Source: Candidatus Nitrosocosmicus sp.
GTDB taxonomy: Archaea > Thermoproteota > Nitrososphaeria > Nitrososphaerales > Nitrososphaeraceae
Length of the DNA: 38,785 nucleotides
Reading direction: 5' to 3'
Assembly (NCBI GenBank): GCA_038200895.1
Contig: JBBRRG010000001.1
Location: 1 to 38,785, forward strand
Below the pieces are notes generated by a model that worked only from the letters and a program-made list of their open reading frames with translations, searched no databases and was not told where the DNA came from. Shown here in pieces: positions 37,134-38,785 of the stretch (positions are counted from its first letter, which is position 1; every line of letters begins with the position of its first letter). Made by a program: the position numbers and the translations under genes.

Positions 37134-37508
37134 TTACCAAATTCCTTTTCTTCCAGATAAAAATAATGCATAACCCATTGCTGCAAACATTATTCCAAGA
37201 AAGCCCATCATAGGCAACGTTGCCTCTTTAGGAATAGAGAAAAAAGTTATAGCCCAAGCATAAAGAAATATCGACATGACATCAAAAACAACAAACATAA
37301 GTATGTAGGAATAATATTGCATCATAAAATGAGATCGTCCTTCTCCCGATGGAATTTGACCACATTCCATTGGAAGATATTTTATGGGATTATACCTTCT
37401 TCGTGGGGACAAAAGCCTAGATAGTATAAAAGAAGGAACCCCTGCTAATATTCCAAAACCAAAAAGGTATAAAATAGGAAGAAATTGTGAAGCTGTTTCT
37501 CCTGCCAA
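37134..37508 (-). CDS. nuoA: Complex I subunit A
   Basis: PMECG, YYSYILMFVVFDV, YAWA. Confidence 0.94.
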   Translation of the reverse strand: MAGETASQFLPILYLFGFGILAGVPSFILSRLLSPRRRYNPIKYLPMECGQIPSGEGRSHFMMQYYSYILMFVVFDVMSIFLYAWAITFFSIPKEATLPMMGFLGIMFAAMGYALFLSGRKGIW

Positions 37509-37532
37509 ATTAAATTGTGCTAATTTAGAATG

Positions 37533-37540
37533 ATATAAAA
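37533..37540 (-). promoter_or_regulatory. Putative TATA box for a leaderless nuoA transcript
   Basis: TTTTATAT preceded by purine-rich GGAAGA, 24 nt before the TTG start. Confidence 0.55.
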
Positions 37541-37553
37541 ATCTTCCTGAGTT

Positions 37554-38765
37554 TTATGAATTATTTACTAAATAATTTGAAACCAAGTTAAATAATTGCC
37601 TAGCTGCTAGTTTAGGATGATTCAAAGCTAATTTCATCATCTTATATCTTGAAAAATCAGTTTTAATAAAATCCAAGAATTCATCAATTGTTAAATCTTT
37701 GATTATTTCAATTTCTTTGTCCCATTCAAAATCAGAAAGAGCAAGCCAACGAGATTGTACTTTTAACGCAGCTAAAATTTTTTTTTCAAGTATTTTCCTA
37801 CAATTATGCTCATAATCTATTAAGGAATCCATTGATGAGTTGAATTCCAAAGAGTTAGCACCAATTTTTCCAGCTAATTGTCCAAATTCCATTGCATATC
37901 GTATCCCCTCCAAGACCAAAGGATTTGCTTGGCCTGCAGTATCACCTATCATCATCAACCCGTCATGGACACATCTTTTTCGTAATCCTTCATTAGGAAT
38001 CATCCCATAATGAATTTCTATAGGTTGAATTTTTCCTAGTTTATTTAAAGGATACAACTTGTTCTCCATTATGTAATTCAATTTAGTAAGTGGGTCGACG
38101 AGAGATTCAGGCCTGCTTATTCCAACTCCTATTCTTACCCGATCATCAGATAGCGGAAAAATCCATGCATATCCTGCTTCAGAATATTTTTGACCAACCA
38201 TTAAACATAGAGTCTCCCGATCCACCTTATCACAATAACACTCGTATTCCGCACCAACTCCATATCTTTGCCAAAGAGAAACATATCCCAATTTACGAGA
38301 AATAAAACTATTAAAACCACTGGCATCAATTATTAAGGTTGAATCTATTTCAATAATTCCTTTCGGTGTTGAAACTTTCAGTCCATTAATTTTTCCTTCA
38401 ATATTTTTTTTTATATCAAATACATTACTTCTTACAAGTAGTTGCGTTCCCTCTTTAGCAGCTTTAATAGCTAAAAACTGATATGTTTTTTTTATATCAA
38501 GGACACAAGCAGAATATTCTTTGCCAGATATGTTTATTTCATTGTTGGGAGATATGAATGAAAAATTTTTAATAGGGTTATAGTATTCTTGAGATATTCC
38601 AAGTTGTTCGATTTCTTTTATCCAACTTACACCACTAGTTCTAACGTTGTGACCAAACGAGGGATCTTTTTCAAAAAGTACAACTTTTGCACCGTTTTTA
38701 GATGCGGAATAGGCAGCAGAAAGTCCAGCAGGACCTCCACCTACAATGGCAATATCATAATTCAA
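37554..38765 (-). CDS. Geranylgeranyl reductase family FAD-dependent oxidoreductase
   Basis: GGGPAG, IIDASG, GYAWIFP...IGVG, IGDTAGQANPLVLEGI. Confidence 0.88.
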   Translation of the reverse strand: MNYDIAIVGGGPAGLSAAYSASKNGAKVVLFEKDPSFGHNVRTSGVSWIKEIEQLGISQEYYNPIKNFSFISPNNEINISGKEYSACVLDIKKTYQFLAIKAAKEGTQLLVRSNVFDIKKNIEGKINGLKVSTPKGIIEIDSTLIIDASGFNSFISRKLGYVSLWQRYGVGAEYECYCDKVDRETLCLMVGQKYSEAGYAWIFPLSDDRVRIGVGISRPESLVDPLTKLNYIMENKLYPLNKLGKIQPIEIHYGMIPNEGLRKRCVHDGLMMIGDTAGQANPLVLEGIRYAMEFGQLAGKIGANSLEFNSSMDSLIDYEHNCRKILEKKILAALKVQSRWLALSDFEWDKEIEIIKDLTIDEFLDFIKTDFSRYKMMKLALNHPKLAARQLFNLVSNYLVNNS

Positions 38766-38785
38766 TAAATCATAGATCTTTTTTT

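Noticed and set aside
1-38785. CRISPR arrays, IS elements, rRNA genes, inteins
   Set aside because: No regular repeat-spacer pattern, transposase ORF, long GC-rich structured RNA or intein motif was seen

Overview
AT-rich archaeal chromosomal window. Gene content points to an ammonia-oxidising Nitrososphaerota (Thaumarchaeota) genome, possibly Nitrosocosmicus-like; this is inferred, not searched. From left to right: dph5; a LysW-carrier lysine/arginine cluster (transcribed argG-argX-lysY-lysZ-lysJ-lysM-homocitrate synthase-lysW-lysX-lysK; lysW is missing from the ORF track); fbp-tpiA; an HTH regulator; a Grs-like radical SAM gene; rpl40e (also missing from the track); TOPRIM protein-dnaG-ribK and convergent ribL; a tRNA-Tyr(GUA) split by two introns; a divergent block of MCM-like AAA+ ATPase, CysRS paralog, GNAT and HemB-like genes; a 2-hydroxyacid dehydrogenase; an 11-subunit complex I cluster (nuoABCDHIJKMLN, no nuoEFG); and a geranylgeranyl-reductase-family gene. 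The best candidate for an undescribed system is the coupled CysRS-paralog/GNAT/HemB-like trio, which resembles a tRNA-independent amide-ligase plus acetyltransferase pathway (MshC/MshD logic). Also notable are a LysW ending in Gln instead of the carrier Glu and a tRNA-Tyr with a T-loop intron and C54. All family assignments come from reading motifs by eye; no database searches were run.
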